From the human T2T-CHM13v2.0 reference genome, Homo sapiens: a stretch of DNA of 64,000 bases. A program made the position numbers and the translations under genes. Below the pieces are notes generated by a model. It did no database searches and was not told the origin of the DNA. It saw only the letters and a program-made list of their open reading frames with translations. Shown piece by piece: positions 1 to 13,010 of this stretch (position 1 is its first letter; each line of letters opens with the position of its first letter). The stretch is from NCBI RefSeq assembly GCF_009914755.1, contig NC_060934.1, one strand, 5' to 3'.

Positions 1-1728
1 GATGAAAATGATGTAATGTGTATAGAGAGGACATCAGAGTGCTAGGTCCTTGTTACACTCATCTACTAACTGTGAGATGCTGCAAAAGGTCTCTGAGTCT
101 CCATTTGTTCGTCTTAGGGTTGCTGTTTCTTTTTTTATTTTTATTTTTTGATAGTTTATTTCTGCTAAACCCATTATAACTACACTCTTCCATATTATTT
201 TGAGCAGAGGAGAAAGGTAGGGGAGGTTTATTTTAAAGCAATAAATTAAATAAATACACTGGAGGAAAAAAAATGAGACTCAGTATGCCCAGGCTTAACT
301 GTTGCTGAATGTCTTCACATTCTCTTGGAAACTTCTAAGCATTTAAACTGAAGGAACAGAGGTACAAGTTAAGTTCTACCAAAGTGACTATACCTCTCTT
401 TCCTGTAGCCTTTGCATTAGGGATTCAGGTGTGTGGCAGCAAGAGAAAGAAATTCAGCCCAATCCCATTGTCTGGCCCCATAGTGTATCTCTTTCTCTTC
501 CTTCTTAATGGAGAACAAATGGCTTATAATCCATGTAACGACTATTCTTTCATAATTTACTCACATATGGTATACCTACAAGCCTTATAAGTCCCCCCTA
601 TTTAGTATAATTTAATGAAATATTGATTTCATGACTATTAAGCTTAATTTATCCTTTTGCTTTCATTCTTGTCACAGTACATATACATTTTTCTAAGAAT
701 TATTTATTTACTCTTCATCATGTCACAAGTCAAATAAAAAAGATTTATAACCAAGAGATTATAATCTTAAATAAATTTAAATGCATCCAAACATCTTGCA
801 AAGATTTGCTTATTTTAAATTAAAGGAGTCTTACTCTTACATATTTTTAATCAGTCATTTTCTTTTCAAGAGAGGAGTTGAATGAGTAAGATGAGAAGGT
901 AGCAGGCTCGGAGTCTATATCTGGATTTTACAGTAACCAGCTCTGACTTCAACTTCTCAGGGCTTAACTTTATGCCTTTAAAATTAGAGCTCAGATTTAA
1001 ATTTCTACCTCTATGATTCCATGATTCTATAATAAAACAACATAGGCATTAAATGTCACTGTAAAAGCAGTATTAATAAGGCTTTCTCTTATTTATTGCT
1101 GTATGAATTGTTTCATATATATGCGATTTTCTAGAAATATGTCTAAGTGGCTGTCTTTCATTCTGATTGATAAGATAGCAACGTGTTCTTCTTTTGGTGA
1201 ATGGACCTTTAGATCACTAAAGGTTTTGTGCAATCTTTTATAACTTAACTCTATTTGAGTTTTTTGGAAAAGTGGGAATTTATTGTTTGTATGACTGATT
1301 TTTGGATAGCTTCTAAATATCCTATTTTCCAAAGAAACAAAATGAACCAGATTTCCAGTCCTAAAATTTATTATTTCAGGTCAATGGCTTTGCCCTTGTA
1401 ACAAAGTTAATAATACAAAAAAGCAAAATCATCTGGAGTAGCTCTCCATAGATGTTTACTTATAATTGCAAATAAAAATAACATTTTATTTATCCATTTT
1501 AAAATTTGATGAAATTAATATAACTTGAGATTCACTTGATTAGCATGAAAATCACAATCTCTCCCCTTAAATTATGTAATGAGAAATTACAATACATAAT
1601 ACTAAGCACAGTAAAAACTATTATGACCTTGACATAATGAAATTCTGTATTTGGTATTCTATAATCTGTTTCTTTGACATTACTCATGGTTTTCTCACAG
1701 TTCTATTCTTATGACTTTTTGAAACTAG

Positions 1729-1899
<171 letters not shown>

Positions 1900-2732
1900 T
1901 AGAGTGTGGTTCTGAAATGACTTGTTATACTATTTATGTAACATTGATATCATAAAAACAGTTCTGATAAGTTCCTGACCAGCCATGAATGTTGTGCCTA
2001 GTTTTGGCCTTGCCATCTTAATAAACATCAAAAAATTGAAGGAAAGCCACAAAGACTAGTAAATATTAAAAAGAAATGACTCCACAATAAAAGACCAAAT
2101 AAACTGAGATTATTTTTCCCACAGAAAAATTAAAAGGGATTTCATTATATTTATTTATTCATCTGTATTTTGTTTCATTAACATGTGATAAGCCTCTGTG
2201 CCAGGTGCTAGGATATAAGAAAAAATTAATGTTAAGTTGAGGCTTCATTAGACAAAAATAGTGAGCTATGATTTTCTTTTTCTGTCTTTATTGAATGCTA
2301 ATGACTTGAGCTACAGAACCAGATATTTATATTTACAGGGAAGAAAACTTACTTAAAATGGTGTCGATACTGAGTAAGTTGCTAAAGGAAAGCTGTAGTG
2401 TCTGCCCTTTCCAATCCTGAGAGTAGTTTTTCTTACACTTAAGCAATCCTCTCTAAGGCAGGAGTACTAGCAGCTCCTGCACTAAGGTGACTGTCAGTCC
2501 CAGAATAATTCCATTTTTCTGATTTTCATTGAACATTATTCAAGTGTGGTAAACATTATTTCTAATAAAATCTATTAGAATTTTTTAAATTGCTTTTATC
2601 AAATTCAGAGACAGTAGATACCTTTATTTGACAGCTATAACAGCATATATTTATTGTGTTCATCATTGTTTTATTAGCATTTGAGTATTTTATTTCTTTT
2701 TGAATGTTTCATTGCTTTTCCTGAAGTGGCAT

Positions 2733-3134
2733 TGTCTTAGTCTGTTTGTGCTGCTATAACAAAAATCCACACACTAGGTAATTCATACAGAATAGAAACT
2801 TATTCCTCACAGTTTTGGAGGCTGGAAGTCCAAGATCCAGGAACCAGCAGGTTCACTTGTCTGGTGAGGCCTGTTCACTTCCAAGATGGCACCTTGTTGC
2901 TACATGCTCTGGAGAGAAGAAACGCTGTGTTCTCACATGGCAGAAGGCAGAAGGCAAGAGAGCCCAACACTGTGTGGAGCGTCTTTTTAATAAGGATCTT
3001 AAAACCGCATTCATGAGGAAGATGCCTTCATGGCCTAATTACCTCTTAAAGGTCCCACCTCTTAACAATATCACTTTCACCATTAAGTTTCAACACATGA
3101 ATTTTGGAGGGGACACAGCCAAAGTGTAATAGGC
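2733..3134 (-). mobile_element. MaLR solo LTR (MST/MLT1-type, MSTD-like)
   Basis: tgtcttagtctgtttgtgctgctataac...cacagttttggaggctggaagtccaagatc...gaattttggaggggacaca are typical MaLR LTR motifs. Confidence 0.8.
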
Positions 3135-3190
3135 ACAATAATCATATATAAATTATATTAAGACTTTATATTCATATTTTTCTATTATGG

Positions 3191-3471
3191 TTTTTTTTTT
3201 TTTGAAATGGAGTCTTGCTTTGTTGCCCAGGCTGGAGTGCAGTGGCACAATCTCAGCTCACTGCAACAGCCTCCTGAGTTCAAGTGATTCTCGAGCCTCA
3301 GCCTCACAAGTAGCTGGGATTACAGTCACATGCCACCATGCCCAGCTAAATTTTTTTTTTTTTTTTTTTTGTATTTTTAGTAGAGACAGTGTTTCACTGT
3401 GTTGGCCAGTCTGGTCTCAAACTCCTGATCTCAAGTGATCCACCTATCTCGACCTCCTAAAGTGCCTGGTC
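3191..3471 (-). mobile_element. Alu (AluS-like)
   Basis: Poly-T, both arms, TSD-like attatggttttt on both sides. A short internal deletion lies near the Alu 5' end. Confidence 0.92.
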
Positions 3472-3996
3472 TCCATTATGGTTTTTAAATGATTCTACAA
3501 ATAATAGATGATCATTGTAGAAAATATTTGATCCTATTAAAAAATTCTTAATATTTAACATATTTGCTTCATTTTTGTATGTTTTTTTCTTTTTTTCCTT
3601 TTAAAAAATTTTAAGTACAGGAGTACATTTGCAGGTTTGTTATATAGGTAAACTTGTGTCACAGGGTTTGTTGTACAGATTATTTCATCACCAAGGTGTT
3701 AAACCTAGTTCCCATTAGTTATTTTTCCTGATCCTCACCATCTTCCCACCCTCTACCATCAGGTATCTGTTGTCCCTCTCTATGTGTCCATGTGTTCTCA
3801 TAATTTAGCTCCACTTATAGGTGAGAACATGTGACATTTGATTTTCTCTTCCTGCATTAGTTTGCTAAGGATAATAGCCTCTGGCTCCAATCATGTTCCT
3901 GCAAAGGACATGATCTCAGTCTTTTTTATGGCTGCATAGTATTTCACAATGTATATGTACCACATTTTCTTTATTCAGTCTGCCATTGATGTGCAT

Positions 3997-4349
3997 TGAT
4001 AAGGTTTGGCTGTGTCCCCACCCAAACCTCATCTTGAATTCCCATGTGTTGTGGAAGGGACCCAGTGGGAAGTAACTGAATCGTGGGGGCAGGTCTTTCC
4101 TATGGTATTCTCATGATAGTGAATAAGTCTGATGAGATCTGATGGTTTTATAAGGGGAAAATTTCCCTGCATAAGCTCTCTCCTTGCCTGCTGACATCCA
4201 TGTAAGATGTGACTTGCTCCCCATTGCCTTCCACCATGATTGTGAGGCCTCCCCAGCCGTGTGGAACCATAAGTCCTTTAAACCTTTCTTTTGTAAATTG
4301 TCCAGTCTCGTGTATGTCTTTATCAGCAGTGTGAAAATGGACTAATACA
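3997..4349 (+). mobile_element. THE1 (B/C-like) solo LTR inside L1
   Basis: tgataaggtttggctgtgtcccc...ggactaataca; 5-bp TSD tgcat/ggcat. Confidence 0.9.
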
Positions 4350-5651
4350 GGCATGTAGGTTGATTTCATGTTTTTGCTATTGTGAATAGTGTTGCAATGA
4401 ACATACATGTGTCTGTGTCTTTGTGGTAGAACAATTTCTATTCCTTTGGGTATATACCCAGTAATGCAATAGATAGCTGGGTTTCATGGTAGTTCTGTTT
4501 TTAGTTCTTTGAGGAATCATCACACTGTTTTCCACAATGGCTAAACTAATTTACAATCTCACCAGCAGCATATAAGCATTCTCTTTTCTCTGAAACCTCA
4601 CCAATATCTGTTATTTTTTGACTTTTTAAAAATAGCTATTCTGACTGGTGTGAGACGGTATCTCATTGTGTTTTGATTTTCATATCTGTAATGATCAGTG
4701 ATGTTGAGCTTTTTTCATATGCTATTGGCTACATGTATATCTTCTTTTGAAAAGTATCTGTTCATTTTCTTTGCCCACTTTTAATGAGGTTGTTTGTTTT
4801 TTCCTTCTAAATATAAGTTCCTTACAGATGCTGGATATTAGACCTTTGTCAGATGCATCGTTTGTAAACATTTTCTCCTATTCTGTAGGCTGTCTCTTTA
4901 CTCTGTTGATGGTTTCTTTTGCTATACAGAAGCTCTTTAGTTTAATAAGATTTCATTGGTCAAGTTTTGCTTTTGTTGGTATTGCTTTTGGAGTCTTCAT
5001 CATGAAATCTTTGCTGGTTCCTATGTCCAGAATGGATGGTATTGCCTAGATTGTCTTGCAAGGTTTTTATAGTTTTGGGTTTTACAGTTAAGTCTTTAAT
5101 CTATCTTGAGTTGATATTTGTATATAGTGTAAGGAAGGGATTCAGTTTCAATCTTCTGCATATGGTTAGCCAGTTATCCCAGCACCATTTATTGAATAGG
5201 GAATCCTTTCCCCATTGGTTGTTTTTGTCAGCTTTGTCAAAGTTCAGATAGTTTTAAGTGTGTAGACTTATTTCTGGGCTCTCTGTTCTGTTCCATTGGT
5301 CCATGTATCTGTTTTTGAAACAGTACCATGCTGTTTTGTTTACTGTAGCCCTGTAGTATAGTTTGAAGTTGGGTAGTGTAATGCCTCCAGCTTTGTTTTT
5401 TTGCTTAGGATTGCCTTGGCTATTCAGGTTCCTTTTTGGTTCCACATGAATTTTAAAATAGTTTTTTTCTAGTTCTGTGAAGAATGTCATTGGTAGTTTG
5501 ATAAGAATAGCATTGAATCTATAAATTGCTTTGGGGAAGTATGGCCATTTAAATGACATTGATTCTTCCTATCCATGAGCATGGAATGTTTTTCCATTTG
5601 TTTGTCATATGATTTCTTTGAGCAATGTTTTGCAGTTTTCATTGTGGAGAT

Positions 5652-5812
5652 CTTTCACCTCCCTGGTTAGCTGTATTCCTAGGTATTTTATTCATTTTGT
5701 GGCAATTTTAAATGGGATTGTTTTTATCTGGCTTTCACCTCCCTGGTTAGCTGTATTCCTAGGTATTTTATTCATTTTGTGGCAATTTTAAGTGGGATTG
5801 TTTTTTATCTGG
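5652..5812. repeat. 80-bp tandem duplication within L1 ORF2
   Basis: ctttcacctccctggttagc...atctgg occurs at 5652-5731 and 5732-5812 (one substitution, one extra T). Confidence 0.95.
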
Positions 5813-6656
5813 CTCTCAGTTTGACTGTTTTTGGTGTATAGGAATGCTAGTGATTTTTGTACGTAGATTTTGTATCTTGAGATCTTGCTGAAGTTGTTCA
5901 TCAGCTTAAGGAGTTTTGGGGCCAAGACCATGGAATTTTCTAGATATAGAATCATGTCGTCTGCAAACAGGGATTGTTTGCCTTCCTGTCTTCCTATTTG
6001 GATGCCCTTTATTTCTTTCTCTTGCCTGATTACTCTGGCTAGGACTTCCAATACTATGTTGAATAGGAGTGTATGTTTTTTGTATGTTTAAATTTGTTGA
6101 CAACATTACTTATGAAATTATCCTATATTCTTACTTAATGTAACTTCAGATAGTTTTAATCATTGTTATGTTTTTCAAAGTAAATACATTCACTTGAGTA
6201 ATAAAAAACATAGTTTCAAAGGGTTGATGAGATAAAGCAATAAAAACATAGACCCAGTTTAGTGGTGCCACCTTCTCCTGAGCAGTCCACACTTTTGATT
6301 TGTTGTGATTGCTATACCTAGAAGAATGGCTGAGCTTCTACACTGCCTCATTTAGTAATCCATGTTCTTAATTTTGGCAATATTGTTCATTACACTTTTG
6401 GAGCGCTTCATCTGCCCAGTCTTGTTTGGAGACCTACCATGTGTCTGACCTCTTTGATATCTCTCTGCTGCCCACCTTGATGGAACCACTGGTTCCTGGA
6501 TCCCTTGGCCTCCTCTTTTCAAGTTTCTTTCTCTGTTTGGCTCATCATGTAGTAATTTGTGCCTCTCCCAGATTACCCATTTTGCTGATGTCACCAAATC
6601 TTGAATCCCTCCAGTTCAGTGTCAGCAGGGAACAAAATTTCCAGTCTCTTAACCTG

Positions 6657-6691
6657 GGTGTGTGTGTGTGTGTGTGTGTGTCTGTGTGTGT
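6657..6691. repeat. (TG)n microsatellite
   Basis: Run of gt dinucleotides with one interruption. Confidence 0.95.
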
Positions 6692-7235
6692 ACTGCTCAG
6701 GCAGGCTTCTGAATGTTGATATTTTGCATATGTGATAAGAGGGTTTCGAGTCTTTTGATTAAAGACTTCCAAATGACCCCTTGCTTTTTGCCCTGCTCCC
6801 CTCAACTGCTTCTCCACCTCTACTATTCCCTAGCACTATCTGGGTTAATCTGTTCAGGTGACCGCAAAAGAACCACACAAAGGATCTTAGTTTGTGGCTT
6901 CCTCTGCACTGCTAAATCAGTTACTGCTTGCTTATCTGCTTTCCATATTGCAAAATTTATTGAATTTTTTTGCTCAGTGTTCTCCTTTTTTCTGTCCTCT
7001 TTTTCTTTGTGGTTATAATTGTTTATTCCTTTACTAGTGTTTTAATGGAGATTCATGAGTAAGAGGAAATAAATTTATATATTTCATTTGCCAACTTTAT
7101 GCTCTGGAGCCTTTCAAAATGTATAATAGTATTTTCAAAAATCTTTCATCATCTGATGCTGTATATTATTTTACAAAATTAAATAGCCATGTATGTTCTT
7201 TAAAAATAGACAATTTATCTATGATTTCAATATTA

Positions 7236-7722
7236 CAGTTGACCCTAACTTTTAATTGTTAGGGATGACAATCTCCCATGCACTGAAAAATCGAAGTGTA
7301 AATTTTGACTCCCCTAAAACTTAACTACTAATAGTCTACTGTTGACCAGAAGCCTTACTGATAACATAAACAGTCAATTAATGCATATTTTTATGTCATA
7401 TGTATTATATACTGTATTCTTACAATAAAATAAGCTATAGAAAAGAAAATGTTATTAAGAAAATCATGAGGAAGAGCAAATATTTTTACTGTTCATTAAG
7501 TGGAAGTGGATCATCATAAAGGTCTTTGTCCTCATCATCTTCACATTGAATAGTCTGAGGAGGAGGAAGAAAAGGAGAGGATGATCTTGCTGTCTCAGGA
7601 GTGGCACAGGTTGAAGAAAATTAGAGGATGGTCTTGCTGTCTCAGGGTTGGCACAGGTGGAAGAAAATTAACATGTAAGTGGACCCACAGAGTTCAAACC
7701 CTTGTTGTTTAAGGGTCAACTG
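7236..7722. mobile_element. Tigger2a (MER28) DNA transposon with internal 47-bp duplication
   Basis: Terminal inverted repeats cagttgaccct...agggtcaactg and TA on the left flank. The body matches the recalled Tigger2a consensus. Confidence 0.88.
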
Positions 7723-10700
7723 CATTTTTTATTTCTCTAGTTTGAGATAGGTTTGTATTTTTAGCAAAATCACATATAAAAGCAAAGCTAAACTTTTACT
7801 CATCTAAGCTTAGTTACCAAATAATAGAATATAAATTATGAACCTAAACCATTTTGCCTTACATTAATGGATAATTTTAGAGTTTAATTCTTGTTTGTGT
7901 TTGCATATTTGAGAAGTACTGCTGTACATAATCCTTGATGTAATCTTGAATATAATTTTTGTTTATATCCTTCAAAACATTTTCGATAATGAATTTTTAA
8001 TTTTTCTTCCATGTATAGAATCATTGGCAGATGTGCATTTAAGTGGAGATTCAGGTATTCTGTCTAATATTGGCCTAAATGGCCAACAAAATAAGGTGTA
8101 AATCTTTTCCCAGGGCTTAAAAATATTGAATGAGATCATTCATTGTTATTATGCCTATTAAATCCCTATTCTAATATCTTGGCATTTCTCACCTGGAATT
8201 AGGAGACAGTTGGAAACTCCTGATATTAGTTAAATGTTTTTTGAGAGAGCAGATTGATTAAAATGAGTTGGATTGATTAAAATGTTTTGGGAATATCTTA
8301 TAAGTAAAGCAACATCCAGATATAATGAATCAGTAGAGTCGCTACAATTTATTTGAATTTTGTCCTTATAATTTATTATCAGATGGAGATATTGGAAATA
8401 TCTCTAAATGACTTTGGAAAAAAAGAATAAATTTAGTTTAATAAAATGGTATTTCCAAAATCTGATCTACTTGAATTTACAAAGTGGAGGGAAAAAAAAG
8501 GCTAAGGAAAGCAAGAAGTTGGCAAACTGTATATAAGATAATTGATTTGCATATGTAAATTAGACTAATCACATATACACATAAGTGGCTAGATGTACAA
8601 TTACCTGATTTATAAACATGAATGGTGCAGGTGCTGCTTTAGAGGCACTTTCAGAAAATTGGCTTGTGGCATCAATGCTTTGTAGTACAACATGACTGCT
8701 AATTATACCTTTCATTGTAATAAAGTCCATTTAAATTATTTTGCATGAGGGTACCAAAAGAGGGGCAGTGGCTGTAATGTTACCCAGAGAATCATGTTAA
8801 CAGTGCTAGGCTTTTAATGTGAATCTACATACAGAAGGTGAGTACTGGAGGGGATGTATCAGAGCAATGAGTTACTGTCCTCATTCTAAGCCTGGTGTGT
8901 GTGGATGGCCATACTAGCCTAGAGAAACTCCTGTGAGATGCTTTTCACAACGAAAAATCACTTTACTTGTATTTCAATCCAGAGTTGAAATCCTAAGAAT
9001 AATGATGTGCCAGATCTTGCTGGGCAGTCTGTTTTCTCTAGTTACAATTTTAAAATTATTTCTTTTGCTTTCTGATATGATTTTTCTCTTTTATTTATTT
9101 TACCCTCATTTGTTATTTTATAAGTTTTTGAGCATGAATGATATACAAGGACTCTGTTTAGGAGTTATTTTCATCTTAATTCTCTGCATGTTTATTTTGA
9201 GAATCTAAATGGTACCTAGGTTTAGTAAAAGGGCACTAGTTGCTGGCCCTCTGAAATTCCAGTTATACACTTGAATGAAGTTTTATGCTGTGGAAACTAA
9301 TTTAGTTTTTTATAGAACATCTACGGGGAGTTTTGTTGTCATTCAATATTTTAGGTTTTCCTAATGATGTAGACATAAAGGGAGAACCAATGTTTTCTGT
9401 TTGTTTCTACCTATGCCTCATTTTGAAATACCTTATGTATATTCCTTTCTGCCTGTTGCTATCACATCTCTTGACTGACTTGTTTAGTGAGATGTAAATA
9501 CTTCTTTTGACTTTGCACTGCCTTTTACCCCTGATATCTACTGTTGGGGATCAGTATCAAGCGTGGAGGGGAGCTGGGAAGATGAGGACTCGGGTAGGAT
9601 TCTTCAAATGCTTCCTACCTGAACCGGGAGACCGTAAAACAGAATCAAAATTGAGTTAAATCAGTCTCATATAAGGCATTTGCTATTGATGGACACAAAG
9701 GGGAGAACTGAGATTTAATTGTAATTTTCCCCTTCTTGGTTGGATGAACAACCACATTTTAAGTAGGTAAGGAAATCTGGGCTTCTCTCTCAGGAGCTGT
9801 TTGCTTAGTGTGCCTTCAGCCATAATGAATCCAAAATTCAGAGTTAGGACATCTTTCTGTTAAAAGACCCTTTCCCTCATAATCCAATCTTAGCTATAAT
9901 TGCTCCTTTCACAGTGGTGCTACAGACTACATTCTATTATTCATTTGAATTGGTCCTGATTTGTTCATTCATAATAGTGACATTGCTTTTTCTCATTGCT
10001 CCCCAATTATAGCAATTTTTCTCTTTGAAATTATATCCTTTTCAGGAGACTAAAGACTGCCAATTACAGGTGGTATTTCAAAGCACGAAAATTCAGTAAA
10101 TAGTCATAAAGCCTCTCAAATGCACATTTTCGGTCATCAAAGTGGTTTTTATAGACATAAATACTACTTTCATGTGTCATGCATTATTGGTTGTTCTGTT
10201 TTTATACTTACATCTAGTTAGTAATATCAGGCCTGCCTTGAGGAAAGGAAACATGGAATGATAGAAAGAAGATAAGTTAGAATGAATGTGAGCTTTCTGT
10301 TTGTTCAGCTATTAACCCTTTAATGCTACTGCCCTGGAGGATAACATGTACACAGAAGGGAATATAAAGCCTTTGCGGACTTGTATATTTGTGAGGGGTC
10401 AGGAGAAACAGGGCAGGAGTGAGAAACTGGGCTGCTGAGTTACTTAGATGGCACAGAATTGTTCCTTCTTCCCTTTGGCAGTTCACAATTGCAGTGGAGT
10501 AGCAGACTCACAGTGTGATTCCTTTCATGTTCTTAAGGCTGGAACCACCATTCCCACCTCTCATGTAAAAGGCTATTATTTGGTGTACTTGCAGTAGAAC
10601 AGACAGCCAATTACCTAGAGTTGTTTCATTTTTTGTTTGTTTAAAGGGCAGGATAGAAACATGGCCTAAATGTACTTCTTTATACTCTTCTAACTTAGGA

Positions 10701-11279
10701 AATTTATACATAATATATATAACTCTTATATATCTTTCTTTCCTAATTGTACTTCAGTGCCGGAAAAAGCATCTTCTTTGAATAGGCATGCACATTTATA
10801 GTGTTACTTCAGAGGTAAGAAAATATGAGGTGACCAGTGATGTCTTGCTATTTAATAAATTAATAGATTTTTATTGTACACATTAAAATATTTCTTCTGG
10901 TAAGTTATTTTCTCTGTTATCATAGATTTATTGTTGATTACATTACTAGTGTGCTATAGTGTTCCCCCTAGATTTTTAAAGCATTTTAGGGTGAAGTAAG
11001 TGTTCTATATTTTGATTTAGTGGTTACATGATTGTATATGATTACTAAAATACATCCAACTGTATACCTAAAAGAGCCAATTATATTATACAACAATAAT
11101 ACCTTTAAAATACTTCTAGTTTACACATTGGAAAAGGAATGTGAAAATTTTACACACTACAAAAGCACACATTAGAAAATGTCTATTAGGTGGTAGTCCC
11201 AGTTTTTATTAATATTTTATTAGTATTTTATTGGAATCCAGAATTTGGTACATTAATATATTTCATAGGAATTAAGATG

Positions 11280-13010
11280 AACATATCACACTTTGCATAT
11301 ACAAACAAACAAGCAAAAATAAAACTAATAAAAACTCACCTTAGCTTAGCTTTGTCCCCTGATTTTTAACTTTTTGTTGTTTCTATTTATATCTTATTGT
11401 ACTATGTCTTGAAAAGTTGTTGCAGTTATTATTTTTGATTGGTTCATCATTTGGTCTTTCTACATAGGATAAGAGTAGTTTATACACCACAGTCACAGTG
11501 TTATAATATTCTGTGTTTCTCTGTGTACTACTATTACCAGTAAGTTTTGTACCATCAGATGATTATTTATTCCTTATTAATTTTGTTTTCTTTCTGACTG
11601 AAGAACTCCCTTTAGCATTTCTTGTAGGATGGGTTTGGTATTGATGAAATCCTTCAACTTTTGTTTGTCTGGCAAAGTCTCTATTTCTTCTTCATGTTTG
11701 AAGGGTATTTCACTGGATATACTATTCCAGGGTAAAAGTTGTTTTCTTTTTCCTTCAGCACTTTAAATATGTCATGCCACTCTCTCCTGGCCCATAAGGT
11801 TTCCACTGAAAAGTTGCTGCCAGAAGTATTGAACCTCATTGTATGCTATTTATTTCTTTTCTCTTGCTGCTTTTAGGATCCTTTATGTATCCCTGACCTT
11901 TGGAAGTTTGATTATTAAATGCCTTGAGGTAGTCTTCTTTGGGTTAAATCTGCTTGGTGTTCTACAACCTTCTTGCACGTGGATATTGATATCTTTCTCT
12001 AGGTTTAGGAAATTCTCTGTTACTATTCCTTTGAATAAACATTCTACACCTGTCTCTCTCTACCTCCTCTTTAAGGCCAATAACTCTTAGATTTGCCCTT
12101 TGGAGGATATTTTCTTTTGCACTGGGTCTTTTACTTCATGGCGGCAGATTCCCTTATGGCCCAGAGTGTGTTTAGAAATGTCATCTGGGAGCTAGGGCCT
12201 GGAATGGGGGCCTCATGATTCTGATTGGTACCCTGTCCTGCTGTGGCTGAGCTGGTATCCAAGATTCAAGACAAAGTCCTTGCCACTCTTCCTTCTCCTC
12301 TCCTCAGGGGGAAGGGAGGGGTTTCTTTTGGAGCCTTGAGCTGTGCAGCCTGGGGCTAAGGGACGTGATGCCAGCACTCCCTTGGCTGCCCCAGTTGGTG
12401 TCTCAGTTCGTTGCGTGATCCCCGAGTCCACTGTCTCTGGGCCCTAGTGCAGCACTAGGACTTGCTTATGATTTGTAGTCCTCATGGCCTAGATTGCTTT
12501 TCAAGTTTACTTGAATATATAGAGTGCAAACCTGCAAACCTCTGTAGCGAGGTTTGCAGGCACTCAAGTTCAGACTGCTGGAATTGGTAGTTCCCCTCTG
12601 CCTAGGCTGAGTTTAAATGCTCCCTCTGTGGGTGGGCGTCAGTTGAGCTTGCCCTACTTTTCCTTTCTGCTCTAACAGGACAGTACTGAGTTCAATGCCT
12701 CACAATTGCTGTGTTCGCCCTCCTGCAGCACCCAGAGAAACTCTGGGCACCACCCATTGGCTACCGGGGTAGGGAAGGGGTGGTATAGGTGATTCAGAAC
12801 TGTTTTTTTTTTTCTCTCTCTCTCTCTCTCTCTTCAGTGCCTCCTTCAGCAATATGAAGTTAAAACCAGATACTATGGGTGCTCACCAGATTTTCGGTTC
12901 TTAAGAAGGTGTTTTTTTCTGTGTACATAGTTATTAACTTGGTGTCCTTGCGAGGGGGTGGGACTGGGATAATGGGTGGAACTTTCTATTCTGCCATCTT
13001 GCCCCCGCTC
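11280..13010 (-). mobile_element. Old L1 5' portion (L1M1/L1MA-type 5'UTR, partial ORF1, inter-ORF region)
   Basis: Right end reads ggggcaagatggcagaatagaaag on the minus strand (L1 5' start with YY1-type AAGATGGC). Reverse ORF1-like sequence at 11600-12110. Confidence 0.75.

Larger units (their letters stand above)
3585..6070 (-). mobile_element. 5'-truncated L1 (older L1PA, about PA13-16), interrupted by a THE1 LTR
   Basis: Reverse L1 3'UTR, then ORF2 fragments (ORFs 5254-5559 and 5788-6051 with [12 protein letters not shown]). Confidence 0.9.
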
